NCBI GenBank assembly: GCA_963749495.1
Contig: CAVVMW010000001.1
Location: forward strand, 768,001-832,000
Direction of reading: 5' to 3'
Length of the DNA: 64,000 bases
DNA from: an uncultured bacterium
Lineage (GTDB): Bacteria; Verrucomicrobiota; Verrucomicrobiia; Limisphaerales; UBA8199
How positions within the stretch are numbered: the stretch's first letter is position 1; each line of letters begins with the position of its first letter. Positions 9,977 to 20,028 of the stretch are shown piece by piece. The notes beneath the pieces are model-generated. The model was given only the letters and a program-made list of their open reading frames with translations, was not told the DNA's origin and ran no database searches. The position numbers were made by a program, and so were the translations under genes.

Positions 9977-12900
9977 ATGAAACACACGGTAATGAATCCA
10001 GTCACTGTCCGGTGTCTCCGCTGTCTTTTGGCGGTTTGTTGGCTGGCGGTTTCCGCCTGGGCGCAGGCCACTCCGGCAGCCGAGGCCAGCCCGACGCGCC
10101 CGCTGAAGGTGGGGTGGGCCGTGGCCGATATCACCCCCACTCGCCCGGTCGCGCTCATCGGCCAATTGCACAAGCGCGTCTCGACCGGCGTCCGTGATCC
10201 GTTGACGGCCACGGTTCTGGCCCTGGAAACTCAAGGCGGAGACAGACCGGAACAGGCCATCCTCGTCTCCTGCGATCTGCTGTTCATTCAACGAGCGATT
10301 CAACAGCGCCTGCAGGAAAAGATCCGCGCTCAACTGCCGGAGTTCGACAGCGCAAAATTGTTCCTCAACGCCACCCATACCCACACCGCACCGGGCCTCG
10401 TGGACAGCACGTTCAAAGATCTTTACGACGTGAGCCAGGACGCGGGTGTCATGAAGGCATCCGAGTACGCCGAATTCTTTGTGGAGCGCGTCTCCGAGGC
10501 GGCAATCCGGGCCTGGAAAAACCGGGCGCCCGGAAGCATGAGTTGGGCGCTCAGCCAGGCCGTGGTCAGTTTCAACCGCCGCGCCGTGTTCCGCAATGGT
10601 TCCGCCGTGATGTACGGCAACACGCGAGCGCCCGACTTCGCCTATGTCGAGGGTCCGGATGATCACGCGGTGAACCTTCTGTTTTTCTGGGGAGCCAGGA
10701 CGAATTGGACCGGTGTGGTGATTAACCTGGCCGCCACCGCGCAGGAAACCGAGCAGTTATACGAGGTCTCAGCCGATTTCTGGCACGACGTGCGCGAGGC
10801 GCTCCATCGGCGGCACGGGGCGGAACTCTTTATATTGCCCCAGTGCGCGCCCGCGGGCGATTCGTCTCCCCACCCGATTTACCGGCAGGCGGCGGAGCAG
10901 GCTATGGATCGGAGACGCGGCCTCTCGCGCCGCAAAGAAATCGCGCGCCGGATTGCGAACGCCGTTGATGACGCGTTGCCTGTGGCCGAGAATGCCCGGC
11001 AGAGCGAACTGGTCTTCCGGCACACCGTGGCGAGCGCCAACCTCCCGGAGCCACAACCAGTCCCGGAACCGTTTTACGAAACCGACCCGGTGCAGCCAAT
11101 CGAGTTCCACGTGCTGCGTCTGGGCGATGTGGCGATGGCCACATGCCCTTTCGAGCTCTACCTCGACTACGCCATCCGCATCCAGGCGCGCAGCCCGGCG
11201 GTGCCGACGCTGCTCGTCCAGCTTGCCTGCGGCGCCAGCGGGTACTTGCCCACGGCCCGAGCGGTCCAGGGCGGCGGCTACAGCGCTGACAAGTTCCGCG
11301 TCGGTCCCGAGGGCGGGCAGGTGCTCGTGGAAGAGACCCTCCGGCAAATCGATGCTCTGTTCGCCCCCGGCGCGTCCCATGCGGAAAGTGCTGGTCCAAA
11401 GTGCACGGTCGACGTTTCCCGGCCAGGAGCCATCGTTGCCCCGATTTGCAGGGGCCAGCAAATCGAGGAGTTCAACCACCAGTTTGAGGGAGGGTTATAC
11501 GCCCAGTTGATCAACAATCCCTCCTTCGAGGAGCTGAAGAATCCGGTCGCTGGATGGAGTTTAGTCAAACAAGGAACCTCGAATGGCAATTTATCCGGGC
11601 AAACCTCCGCCGAGACCGCCATGCTGAACAACCGCCAAAATCATTGCGCCAAACTTGAGGTGACTTCGGTGGCGTCCGGGAGCGTGGGCCTGGCAAATGA
11701 GGGGTACTGGGGAATCGCGTTAAGGAACCATACGACCTACAGAGTTTCCTTTTGGGCCAAGAAAGGCCCGCGTTTCACTGGAACCCTGAAGGCGACATTG
11801 GAAAGCAATGGCGGCGCCGTTTACGCTCGATCGCCCGATATCGAGCCGACTGCCACCTGGCAGCATTTCACCTGCGACCTCACCACCAGCGGCATTTCCA
11901 GTGTTTCCGGCGCCAACCGCTTTGTAATCTATGCCTCAGCCACGGGCGATGTGTATTTTGACGTGGTTACCCTCATGCCGCCAACCTGGAAGAACCGCCC
12001 CAATGGCCTGCGGCTCGACCTGGCTGAAAAGCTGGCGGCCTTGAAGCCCAAGTACATACAGTTCCCGGGCGGTTGCACCGCCGAGTCCGCGGGCATGGAG
12101 ATTTGCTGGAACTGGAAGAACTCCATCGGCCCCATCGAAGAAAGGCCCGGCTCCACCAGAAACAACTGGGGCTACAAGAACGACCTGTATTTCGGTTTGG
12201 ATGAGTACCTGCAATTATGCGAAGACCTGGGGGCGGAACCGGTTTATGTCTGCTCGTCAGGGATCAGTGAAAATGCCGACAACAAAGAATGGTTTGGCAT
12301 TTGCCCGCTCGATCAAATGCAGCCGATTATCGCCGATATATTGGACCTGCTCGAGTATTGCAAGGGACCCGTCTCAGCCAGGTGGGGCGCCCGGCGCGCG
12401 GCCAACGGCCATCCGGCGCCCTACAATCTCACATTCATCGAGATCGGCAACGAAAATGGCTGGCAAACGGTGAAGGACTACATTCCCCGCTACACCATGA
12501 TTCATGACGCGATATTGGCCCATTATCCTGATATGAAGATCATGTTCAATGCCACCGGTGTGCCTTCACCGGCGCCAGAGAATTTCCTGGACTTCGCCGA
12601 TGACCATTTCTATGAGAAGGACCTCTCGCATTTGCACAACAAATATGACAGCATCAACCCGGCCTGCAAAAAGATATGCGTCGCAGAGTATGCGTCCTCC
12701 ATCCACGGCAACGGAGGCGATGCAATCGGAAATTTCGGCGACGCCCTGGGCGACGCGGCCTTCATGCTGGGATGCGAAAAGAACTCCGAAAGAATGTGGT
12801 GGACAGGTTATGGGAATTATGCCGGGCTTGTTGGTCATGGCAATTTTGGTCCCTGCCTTGTCTGGAATGACGCCGTGACCGCCTTTGCCACTCCATCATA

Positions 12901-13264
12901 CTACGTGCAAAAGATGTTGTTTGTGGATAACGCGGGGTCGCGAGTCTTGCCTTTGACTCAAAATACGGCGCATTGCTGCTGGTCCGCCTCTGTGGACACT
13001 CAAGCGGGCAGGGATGACGTGCTCTTGAAGGTTGTGAACAAGTCGGACGCGCCCGAATCTGTCAGTATAACTCTCAATGGCGCCAGGGAAGTTGATCCTG
13101 TCGGGCATTTCACCGTCTTGAGCGGCGCCCTGGACGCCGAGAATTCATTGGCCGAGCCAAACCGGGTGGTTCCGTCGTCAGGCACTTTTACTGCCGGCAC
13201 TGGTTTTCAGTACCTTTTTCCCGCCCATTCTATCACCGTGCTCAGGGCAGGACTAAAACCTTAG
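9977..13264 (+). CDS. Secreted fusion: neutral ceramidase-like domain + GH51 alpha-L-arabinofuranosidase
   Basis: Signal peptide; ADITP, ATHTHTAP, GYLPT..GGGYS in the N half; FPGGC, FGLDEYLQLCEDLGAEP, EIGNEN, VAEYAS, TPSYYVQKM in the C half. Confidence 0.85.
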   Translation: MKHTVMNPVTVRCLRCLLAVCWLAVSAWAQATPAAEASPTRPLKVGWAVADITPTRPVALIGQLHKRVSTGVRDPLTATVLALETQGGDRPEQAILVSCDLLFIQRAIQQRLQEKIRAQLPEFDSAKLFLNATHTHTAPGLVDSTFKDLYDVSQDAGVMKASEYAEFFVERVSEAAIRAWKNRAPGSMSWALSQAVVSFNRRAVFRNGSAVMYGNTRAPDFAYVEGPDDHAVNLLFFWGARTNWTGVVINLAATAQETEQLYEVSADFWHDVREALHRRHGAELFILPQCAPAGDSSPHPIYRQAAEQAMDRRRGLSRRKEIARRIANAVDDALPVAENARQSELVFRHTVASANLPEPQPVPEPFYETDPVQPIEFHVLRLGDVAMATCPFELYLDYAIRIQARSPAVPTLLVQLACGASGYLPTARAVQGGGYSADKFRVGPEGGQVLVEETLRQIDALFAPGASHAESAGPKCTVDVSRPGAIVAPICRGQQIEEFNHQFEGGLYAQLINNPSFEELKNPVAGWSLVKQGTSNGNLSGQTSAETAMLNNRQNHCAKLEVTSVASGSVGLANEGYWGIALRNHTTYRVSFWAKKGPRFTGTLKATLESNGGAVYARSPDIEPTATWQHFTCDLTTSGISSVSGANRFVIYASATGDVYFDVVTLMPPTWKNRPNGLRLDLAEKLAALKPKYIQFPGGCTAESAGMEICWNWKNSIGPIEERPGSTRNNWGYKNDLYFGLDEYLQLCEDLGAEPVYVCSSGISENADNKEWFGICPLDQMQPIIADILDLLEYCKGPVSARWGARRAANGHPAPYNLTFIEIGNENGWQTVKDYIPRYTMIHDAILAHYPDMKIMFNATGVPSPAPENFLDFADDHFYEKDLSHLHNKYDSINPACKKICVAEYASSIHGNGGDAIGNFGDALGDAAFMLGCEKNSERMWWTGYGNYAGLVGHGNFGPCLVWNDAVTAFATPSYYVQKMLFVDNAGSRVLPLTQNTAHCCWSASVDTQAGRDDVLLKVVNKSDAPESVSITLNGAREVDPVGHFTVLSGALDAENSLAEPNRVVPSSGTFTAGTGFQYLFPAHSITVLRAGLKP

Positions 13265-13299
13265 AGCCTGTTTTAAATGATGAAGACCCTTCAATTATG

Positions 13300-13424
13300 G
13301 TAACTGTTCAGGTCGCCCATAGGAGCGCGGACGCCCCGTCCGCGCGTTTTTTGCCGCCAGAGCCGTGCGGACGAGGCGTCCGCGCTCCTATGGAACGGCT
13401 TTCGGCTACGACCTGAACAGTTAC
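13300..13424. mobile_element. 125-bp MITE with 16-bp TIR and 8-bp target duplication
   Basis: GTAACTGTTCAGGTCG ... CGACCTGAACAGTTAC; flanks CAATTATG / GAATTATG. Confidence 0.8.
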
Positions 13425-13705
13425 GAATTATGATTCTGTCCGGCCATGATGCTGTCCTTTTCGGTTGCGGCCGGCGCGGTTTTCGTGCTGGTGCCCGAAC
13501 GTGCTGGCGGCGATTGCGGGTTTGCCGGATCCAAGGATCGTCTAACCCGGTCAGGAGGCGGGCCTTTACCTGGCGGCGGCATCCTCCCGGCTCGCTCGGC
13601 ACAGAGCCGGCATCCCTGCCGCGCAACCTTCAGCCCCTGAGCCGGCCCTCAGGCGCGACCACGCTCCAGCGCCCCCGTGCTGCGCCGAAACCGGCAACAT
13701 TTACC

Positions 13706-13901
13706 GAAATCGCGAAATCGGGGTCAGAAATCGCGAAATCGGGGTCATCGGGGGAAATCGGGGTCGGGGGAAATCGGGGGAAATCGGGGTCACATCTATA
13801 CTTTCTTACAATCGGGGGAAATCGGGGCGGGGGAAATCGGGGTCACATCTATACTTTCTTACAACGGGGGAAATCGGGGTCACATCTATACTTTCTTACA
13901 A
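13706..13901 (+). repeat. Irregular G-rich tandem repeat
   Basis: About 10 GAAATCG units; 36-mer GGGGGAAATCGGGGTCACATCTATACTTTCTTACAA at 13776, 13829, 13866. Confidence 0.9.
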
Positions 13902-13995
13902 TGTGAGTCCGGCTCACCAAATATTCCGCATGGACATCCGAGGGACGGGTGCCGGGCGGCGCTTTCTTGATTGACCTTGCGGAGCGGAGGCGGTT

Positions 13996-14052
13996 TCACC
14001 CGCGCAGCTTCAAAAACCGGCGGCGCGGCAAAAACCACGTTCCTTGCAGTTC
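13996..14052 (+). mobile_element. IS91-family oriIS-like end, copy 1
   Basis: TCACCCGCG...CCGGCGGCGCGGCAAAAACCACGTTCCTTGCA|GTTC. Confidence 0.6.
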
Positions 14053-14173
14053 AGTCTCGGGGCGGGTAGTTGGGGTGCGGTGCGTGATAGCGGTCGAGCA
14101 TGGGGCAGAATCCGGACTCATCCGCAGCGGCAGAACGAGATGCGTCGGGTGCGTCGCGTAGCAACGCGGCGAA

Positions 14174-14340
14174 GGTAGCCGTGGACCTCGGTCCACGGTT
14201 CGGGGCGTCGGAAGAAGCTCGCGTCGCGTAGCGACGCCTGACGGTTTGGCGCTGGCAGATCGGCTTCCGTCTTCAGGCGTCGCTACGCGACGCGGACGAG
14301 CTTGGGCCATGGGTCCGTGGACTGGAAGTCCACGGCTACC
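14174..14340. repeat. REP-like compound palindrome (also 44104-44274)
   Basis: GGTAGCCGTGGAC...GCGTCGCGTAGCGACGCC...GGCGTCGCTACGCGACGC...GTCCACGGCTACC. Confidence 0.8.
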
Positions 14341-14469
14341 ATCGGCAACCGCTACGCGGTGATGAAAGGCGACGAAGTGGAAATCCGCAAGCGAAAGCAC
14401 GAAACCCGGAACTGGCAGAAAGATGCTCTGGCAGAAAAATGGTTTGTTCCCATTTTTTTGCCATTTCAT

Positions 14470-14527
14470 CTCACGCGCGCAGCGTCAATAACCGGCGGCG
14501 CGGCAAAAACCAAATTCCTTTCAGTTC
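14470..14527 (+). mobile_element. IS91-family oriIS-like end, copy 2
   Basis: CTCACGCGCGCAGCGTCAATAACCGGCGGCGCGGCAAAAACCAAATTCCTTTCA|GTTC. Confidence 0.65.
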
Positions 14528-14575
14528 TATCACCGTGCTCAGGGTAGGACTAAAACCTTAGAGCCTGTTTTAAAT
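14525..14575 (+). repeat. 51-bp direct duplicate of the GH51 gene 3' end (13228-13278)
   Basis: TTCTATCACCGTGCTCAGGG(C/T)AGGACTAAAACCTTAGAGCCTGTTTTAAAT, 1 mismatch. Confidence 0.95.
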
Positions 14576-14719
14576 TTGAGATGAACATAGGATTCCTCGG
14601 GTTCCTGCTGGCCACTGCCGCAGGGCTTGAAAGCCAGGCCGAAAACAGTGACATCTTGACAGCCGCGCCGTATTGGAACAGGATGCGCCATCAACACAAC
14701 CGATCAATTTGGCTTGCGT

Positions 14720-15765
14720 ATGAATCCGCCTTTCTCTGCCCATTGGTCACGCCGCCGGTTTCTCATGGCCGCTGGCGCGGTCTTGTTTGCTCCATCCCTC
14801 CTCCACGCAGGCTGGCTGGGACACAAGCCCCTGGAACGGCGCATCGTCCCCTGCGGCCCGGGGGCGAAGTATGTGCCGAAGATCCATGCCGCGTTCGTGC
14901 GGCGCAAGGGCGATTACGGCATCCTCTGGCCCGGGGCGATTTACGACGGCGAGGCCGCCCGGCGCGAGTATAGCGCCCAGGTGGCCGCGGCTGAGGGGCA
15001 ACTTGGCCTGCAGATCCGGCTGCGACCGGAACCGATCTACTCGGCAGAGGAGGCGGGGACCTGGCTGGCCCAGGCCAAGGCCGACAAACCCGATGGCTTT
15101 GCCAAGACCTCATCAACGGCCTCAAGAGCTACGCCGTGGCCCGGAGCCTGCTCGAACGGGAAGAGGCCGACGCCATCACTATGGATTGCCTCGGCGCCTT
15201 GGGGCGGACCAGGATTAGCCTGCCGTGTATCGCGTGGTCCCGAATGCTGGACCAGGGCATCCCCGCGGCCTGTGAAGCCGACCTGGGCGCGGTCGTGACC
15301 CACGCGCTCGTGCAATTGCTCTTCGATCGGCCGGGTTTTCAGCAAGACCCGGTGCCGGAGACGGCAAGAGGCTGTCTCATCGGCGCGCATTGCTGTTGCG
15401 CCACCCGGCTCAATGGCCTGAGCCAACCGCCCGAGCCGTTCGACATCACGCACCACCACGGCAACCGGGACGCTGTGCCGCGGACCCACTGGCGCGAGGG
15501 CCAGCGAGTCACGATAGCCGACGTGCTGCTGCCGCAAGAGACCCCGGACAACTCCCCGCAGATGGTGATTGGCACCGGCACGGTCGTGGAAAACGTGCCC
15601 GTCCCCCCTCATGGCGGCTGCGTGGTCTCAGTCATGCTCAAGCTGGATACCCAGCCCAACCTCCTGGCCTATCCCGGCTTTCACCAGCTCTTTTTCTACG
15701 GCGACTACAAAAGGGAACTGCTGGCCTACTGCAACTTGTTCGGCATCCGGCCGGTAGTGGCGTAG
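14720..15765 (+). pseudogene. L-fucose/L-arabinose isomerase-like Tat protein with internal deletion near 15100
   Basis: SRRRFL Tat motif; frame switch at KPDGF|..DLING; PCIAW..ACEADL, AHCCCA, GFH..FYGDY; about 150 codons shorter than the neighbouring homolog. Confidence 0.7.
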
Positions 15766-15897
15766 CCGGTTTTCTCCGGAAATTCGAACAGGGCTGGACC
15801 TCGCCAAATGCCTTTCAAGGCAAGATCGAGCACACTGCGTTGAAGGGCGGCAAGTAGAAGGTGTTGTGGGTCTCGGCGTCTTTCCTTTCGACCCCCC

Positions 15898-17382
15898 TCA
15901 GACCGCCTTTGGCAGCCGCTGCACCTCAATCCCCACCTTCTTTGCCGCGTAGGCCACCTCGCGTCCCCAGTCGCCATAGGCGATCTGGCAGTGGAACCCG
16001 CGCATATTGCGGATGACATCCTGCGTGTCGGCGTCCAGGGCGATTTCGATCTGCGCCCGGCAGGTGGCCAGGAACGGCGTGTCCACGATCTTGCCAGTCA
16101 GGGCCAGCCAGTGTCGGGCCTCAAAGTCCGGCTTGATGACCGTGACGGGCTGTCCCTTGCGGAAATGCACGTGCGTGGCGGCGCCGCAATCCGACTCATA
16201 GTGGGTGACCAACGTGACGGGCTCGAGCCGTTTGCCGTCCATCCGGCGCGGGGCCGTGCAATGCGCGAAGAGCATCCGCCCGGCGTGGGGAAAGGAGGGG
16301 TTGCAAAAATAGGTGGGCCGGCCCGCGATATAGTGCATGAGGATGCCGGCGGGGATGTTCACAAAGTCCGATTCACAGTAGGCCATATAGCCGGCATCGT
16401 TGGTCAGCGTGAGGGTGAGACAGGGCATGATGCCGGCATAGCCGTTCATGCAGGCGTTGGTGGTCACCGCGCAAGCGTCGTGCTTGGTCATCAGGCCACG
16501 AAACAGTTCCTTGAGCAGGAAGGCCTCAGCCACGGCGTCTTCCCCGATCCGCGACGAGACACCGTGGGCGGCCATGTAACTCCGAGCCTCCCGCTTGCAC
16601 CGGGCCACCACGGCGGCATCTTTCCGGGCCGACTCGATCAGGGCGTTCACCTCCGGCACCGGCACCGTGACCATGTCCAATTGGAAGCGCTGGCGAGCCC
16701 GCTCGGGCGCCTGCGGGCACGACCAGCCGCCCGGCCCCCCCACGCACACGATGCGGCGGCCCACCGTGTTTTTCAGGCCGTATAACGCCCGCAGGCGCCA
16801 CAGGACCTCCGCCGGGTCGTCCACCACCACGTCCTCGAGACCGGCGGCGGTCTGTTTCACTTCATCGGTGTGGCTGCGCAGGAAGCGCGAGTCCACGATC
16901 TCGTGCCACAAGTAATAGGGGCCCGACTTCTCGCGGACGAAGATCACCATGGGCTTGCCCAGTCCAGCCAAGGATTCCAGCACATCCGTGCCGCTGCCGG
17001 AGGCATAGACCACCAGCGCGTCAGGTTTTGCGTCCTTCAATGTGTCCACCTGTTGCCGGGTGCTCAGCTTGGCGGCCGGCAACATCCGCAGCCCGAAATC
17101 AGCCAGGCCGGCCAGACGTTTCAGTTCACCGTTGATGCGCTCGACTTCCGCCGCCACCCCTGCTTCGGTCTGGACATCGCCCCACGGCCGCCAACTTCCC
17201 TTATGCCGCTCGGCAAGACCGTAAATCAGCACAGGTTGGACCCGGAGGTCGCTGGCCCCAAGGCGCATCTCGAGCGGTTCGGCGGCAAACACCTGCGGGC
17301 ACAATGCCCCGCCAGCCGCCGCCAGGCCAATCGTCGCCGTGGCCTGGAGGAATTCGCGGCGTTTCATCTCATTGGAGTTCAT
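15898..17382 (-). CDS. L-fucose isomerase-like Tat-exported sugar isomerase
   Basis: KRREFL, PCL...YCESDF, AHCTAP, THYES, CRAQ, GFH..AYGDW. Confidence 0.8.
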   Translation of the reverse strand: MNSNEMKRREFLQATATIGLAAAGGALCPQVFAAEPLEMRLGASDLRVQPVLIYGLAERHKGSWRPWGDVQTEAGVAAEVERINGELKRLAGLADFGLRMLPAAKLSTRQQVDTLKDAKPDALVVYASGSGTDVLESLAGLGKPMVIFVREKSGPYYLWHEIVDSRFLRSHTDEVKQTAAGLEDVVVDDPAEVLWRLRALYGLKNTVGRRIVCVGGPGGWSCPQAPERARQRFQLDMVTVPVPEVNALIESARKDAAVVARCKREARSYMAAHGVSSRIGEDAVAEAFLLKELFRGLMTKHDACAVTTNACMNGYAGIMPCLTLTLTNDAGYMAYCESDFVNIPAGILMHYIAGRPTYFCNPSFPHAGRMLFAHCTAPRRMDGKRLEPVTLVTHYESDCGAATHVHFRKGQPVTVIKPDFEARHWLALTGKIVDTPFLATCRAQIEIALDADTQDVIRNMRGFHCQIAYGDWGREVAYAAKKVGIEVQRLPKAV

Positions 17383-17588
17383 GGTCGGTGATGGTAGTGA
17401 GTTGGTTCTTATCGGCTAATTGCAGCCCTTCCATACGCCTTTTGCGGGCGCGCGCAAGCAAAATCGTTCTTGCTCTGCAGGGTGGCAGCCTACTGTTCCC
17501 GCACCAATTGTCAGGTCAGCACTCTCTCATGTTATCTGCTTTCATAAAGGCCGATATCCGGGGCCTGGCCGTAGTATTGTTCCACGTT

Positions 17589-19147
17589 TCATAAACCGTC
17601 ACCGGGAATTGCGAGCAGGCTGTGCTGGGTAGGAACGTAGAGCACGCCGTCAGCCGCGGTTAGAGTGATCGGGCTGGTTTTGAGGCGGGTTTTGGAGAGG
17701 ACCTGCAACTGTTTGCCTGCCTTCAAGGTCCAAAGAGTGCCTGTTTCCGTGCCGATGTACACCTTGCCATCGGCCACGAAGGATGAACCATAGCAGGTTG
17801 CGGCGCCCAGAGCGTGGACCCAATATCGCTGGCCTGTGTCGGTGTCGAAACAGTGGAGATTGCCAGTGGTATCCGGGATGTAGAGGAGACCCTCGGCGAG
17901 CGCTGGTGTCGCCAGGGATCGCTCGACCAGTTCTGAGGCCCAGACTTTGGTTCCCGTGCCGGCATCAACGCACGAGAGGCAGCCGCGTCCGTTACCGTGA
18001 AGGGGGCTCTGGCCAATGGCCACATACACACGGGCGTTGTGGAACACCGGCGTCCCGATGATCTCGCTCGGGCCGTCTGGTCGGTTCTTGTTGCTCTTTG
18101 AGTACGGGACCGGCTGGCCATCGCGCACCCGGAAATCGGGCGGGTTGCAGTCGTAGGACCAGACCTTGTGGAGAATCCGGACCTGCGAGTCCGTGCGAGG
18201 CGCCGGGGCTCGAAAGCGTACAGGATGCCGTCACCGCCTCCGAAGAAGATCAAGGTCCGGCCATTGACCCGGCCGGGCGAGGGGGACGACCAATTGCAGT
18301 GCAACAAGCGCCGGCCGATTTTCTCATCGTCTCTGGCCACCAGCCGGCCGGTCCGCTTATCGAGGACGATCAGGCTCGGTGCATCGGGCCTGGGGACCTT
18401 CTCGTGCCGCTCATCGATGCCGTTGGAGGTGCAGGCGTAGAGGAGGTCGCCGTGGACCAGGAGCGTGCTGCCGCAAACGTCGTGCAGGACAACGTCCAAC
18501 TCGGGGATGAGGTCGTATTTCCAGAGGATGTCGCCGTCCGTCGGCTCCAGTTTGGCATCCGGCGCGTTGGTGATGCCCATGTAAGCCAGTTCATCCTGGA
18601 AAGGGCCGTCATTGCCATTCGCCTGGCCTTCCCGGTCCAGGCACAGGATCTCGCCCCGGCTGCCGATCACATAAACACGGTCTCCGTCCACCACCGGGCC
18701 CGAGCAGATGCCGCAATTCCACTGGTCGAAGTGATAGGGCGGCTTGACTCCGGCGAAGTAGCGCGGACTGGGCAACTGCCAGATCAATCTGCCGGTGGCC
18801 TGATCCACGCACATCAGAACTCCGCCGCCCGTGGGCTTGTAGCCCGTCCGCTGAACTCCGGCATCATTGGCGCCGATGTAAATCCGGCCCCGATCAATCG
18901 TGGGAATGGAGTAAGTGTGCGAACCCAGCGTCAATTCCCATAAAGGGGCGACACTGCCAGGATCGGCCGGCAAACGCTTCGCGTTGCCGGCCATGTTGGG
19001 ACTGGAACCGCCACCCCACCGAAACGGGAGGTCTGTTTCTTCCTGCCCTGAGGCGCCACAGACCATGGCTGCGGCCAGCGCGAAGGCGATGCTGACAGCA
19101 AGGAGGGACAAACCACCGGCGACGAAACGAAAGGCTGCCGGCCGCAT
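17589..19147 (-). CDS. PQQ-like beta-propeller (BamB-like) protein (frameshift near 18200)
   Basis: Signal peptide, repeated TG..IW / YSIP / SSP blades; continues in ORF 17589-18128. Confidence 0.8.
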
Positions 19148-19352
19148 TGAATTGTGGGATGCGTTCACCGTCGTGAAGCTTGCGCCGGCGGGCTTTGAGA
19201 AGTCAAGAGGACGAGCGCCGGAGGCCGAACGCGGGAGCCTCCAGCGGCGATCTTCCCCGTCGATCCCGGCTACGTGATTACCGGCGGTTTGCGCTCCTTC
19301 AATCGGAAAACCGTCTTGGCATGGCCTGTTCTGCGGGGTAACATCTGTTACG

Positions 19353-19661
19353 ATGAAGTTGGAATTTGATGTCCAAGCGGTGCGGCGGTTCTGCCAGGAA
19401 CGCGGGATCGCGCGTCTGGAGTTGTTCGGCTCCGCATTGCGCGACGATTTCAACGCCGACAGCGACGTGGATTTGCTGGCCAGCGTCCGGCCCGGTGTGA
19501 AATGCGGGCTGTTCGAGTGGGTGGACTGGCAGGAGGGTCTGGCGCGCATTTTCTCCCGGCCCGTGGACCTCGTCAGCCGCCGCGCGGTGGAGCGCAGTCG
19601 CAATCCATACCGCAAGCACTCGATCCTTTCGCACACCCAGCCGATATATGTCGAAGGATAA
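19353..19661 (+). CDS. Minimal nucleotidyltransferase antitoxin (MNT)
   Basis: LFGSALRDDFNADSDVDL, RPVDLV. Confidence 0.9.
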   Translation: MKLEFDVQAVRRFCQERGIARLELFGSALRDDFNADSDVDLLASVRPGVKCGLFEWVDWQEGLARIFSRPVDLVSRRAVERSRNPYRKHSILSHTQPIYVEG

Positions 19662-20010
19662 CGCCTACCTGCGTGACATCCTGGACTCCGCTCGGGCCAT
19701 CCGCGGTTATCTCGCAGGGATCTCCCAGGAGCAGTTCGAGGCGAACTTGGAGAAGCAGGACGCGGTGATCCGCCGTTACGCCGTCATGGGCGAAGCCGCT
19801 CGGCGCCTGTCTCCGGCTGCACTGAAAGCCCTCGCCGATCTGCCGTGGAAGCAGATCACGGGCATGCGAAACATCCTGATCCATGACTACGACGAAGTGG
19901 ATGAAGCCACGCTCTGGCACACGGCCCAGAACGATTTGCCCGCGTTGATCGTTCGTCTGGAGGTGCACCTGGCTCAACAGCCGCCACCGTTTGACCAGAA
20001 GCAGGAGTAA
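19648..20010 (+). CDS. HEPN (DUF86) toxin, HepT-like
   Basis: DAVIRR..MGEA, PWKQITGMRNILIHDY (R-X4-H); overlaps the MNT gene. Confidence 0.9.
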   Translation: MSKDNAYLRDILDSARAIRGYLAGISQEQFEANLEKQDAVIRRYAVMGEAARRLSPAALKALADLPWKQITGMRNILIHDYDEVDEATLWHTAQNDLPALIVRLEVHLAQQPPPFDQKQE

Positions 20011-20028
20011 GCCTGGCCGGATCGGTGA

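Noticed and set aside
13776..13901. CRISPR array (three 36-bp repeats)
   Set aside because: Spacers are 17 and 1 nt and made of repeat sequence; no cas genes.
17723..19636. 637-aa ORF as a single gene starting at 19636
   Set aside because: Its first 160 codons are antisense to the MNT gene; the signal peptide points to ATG 19147.
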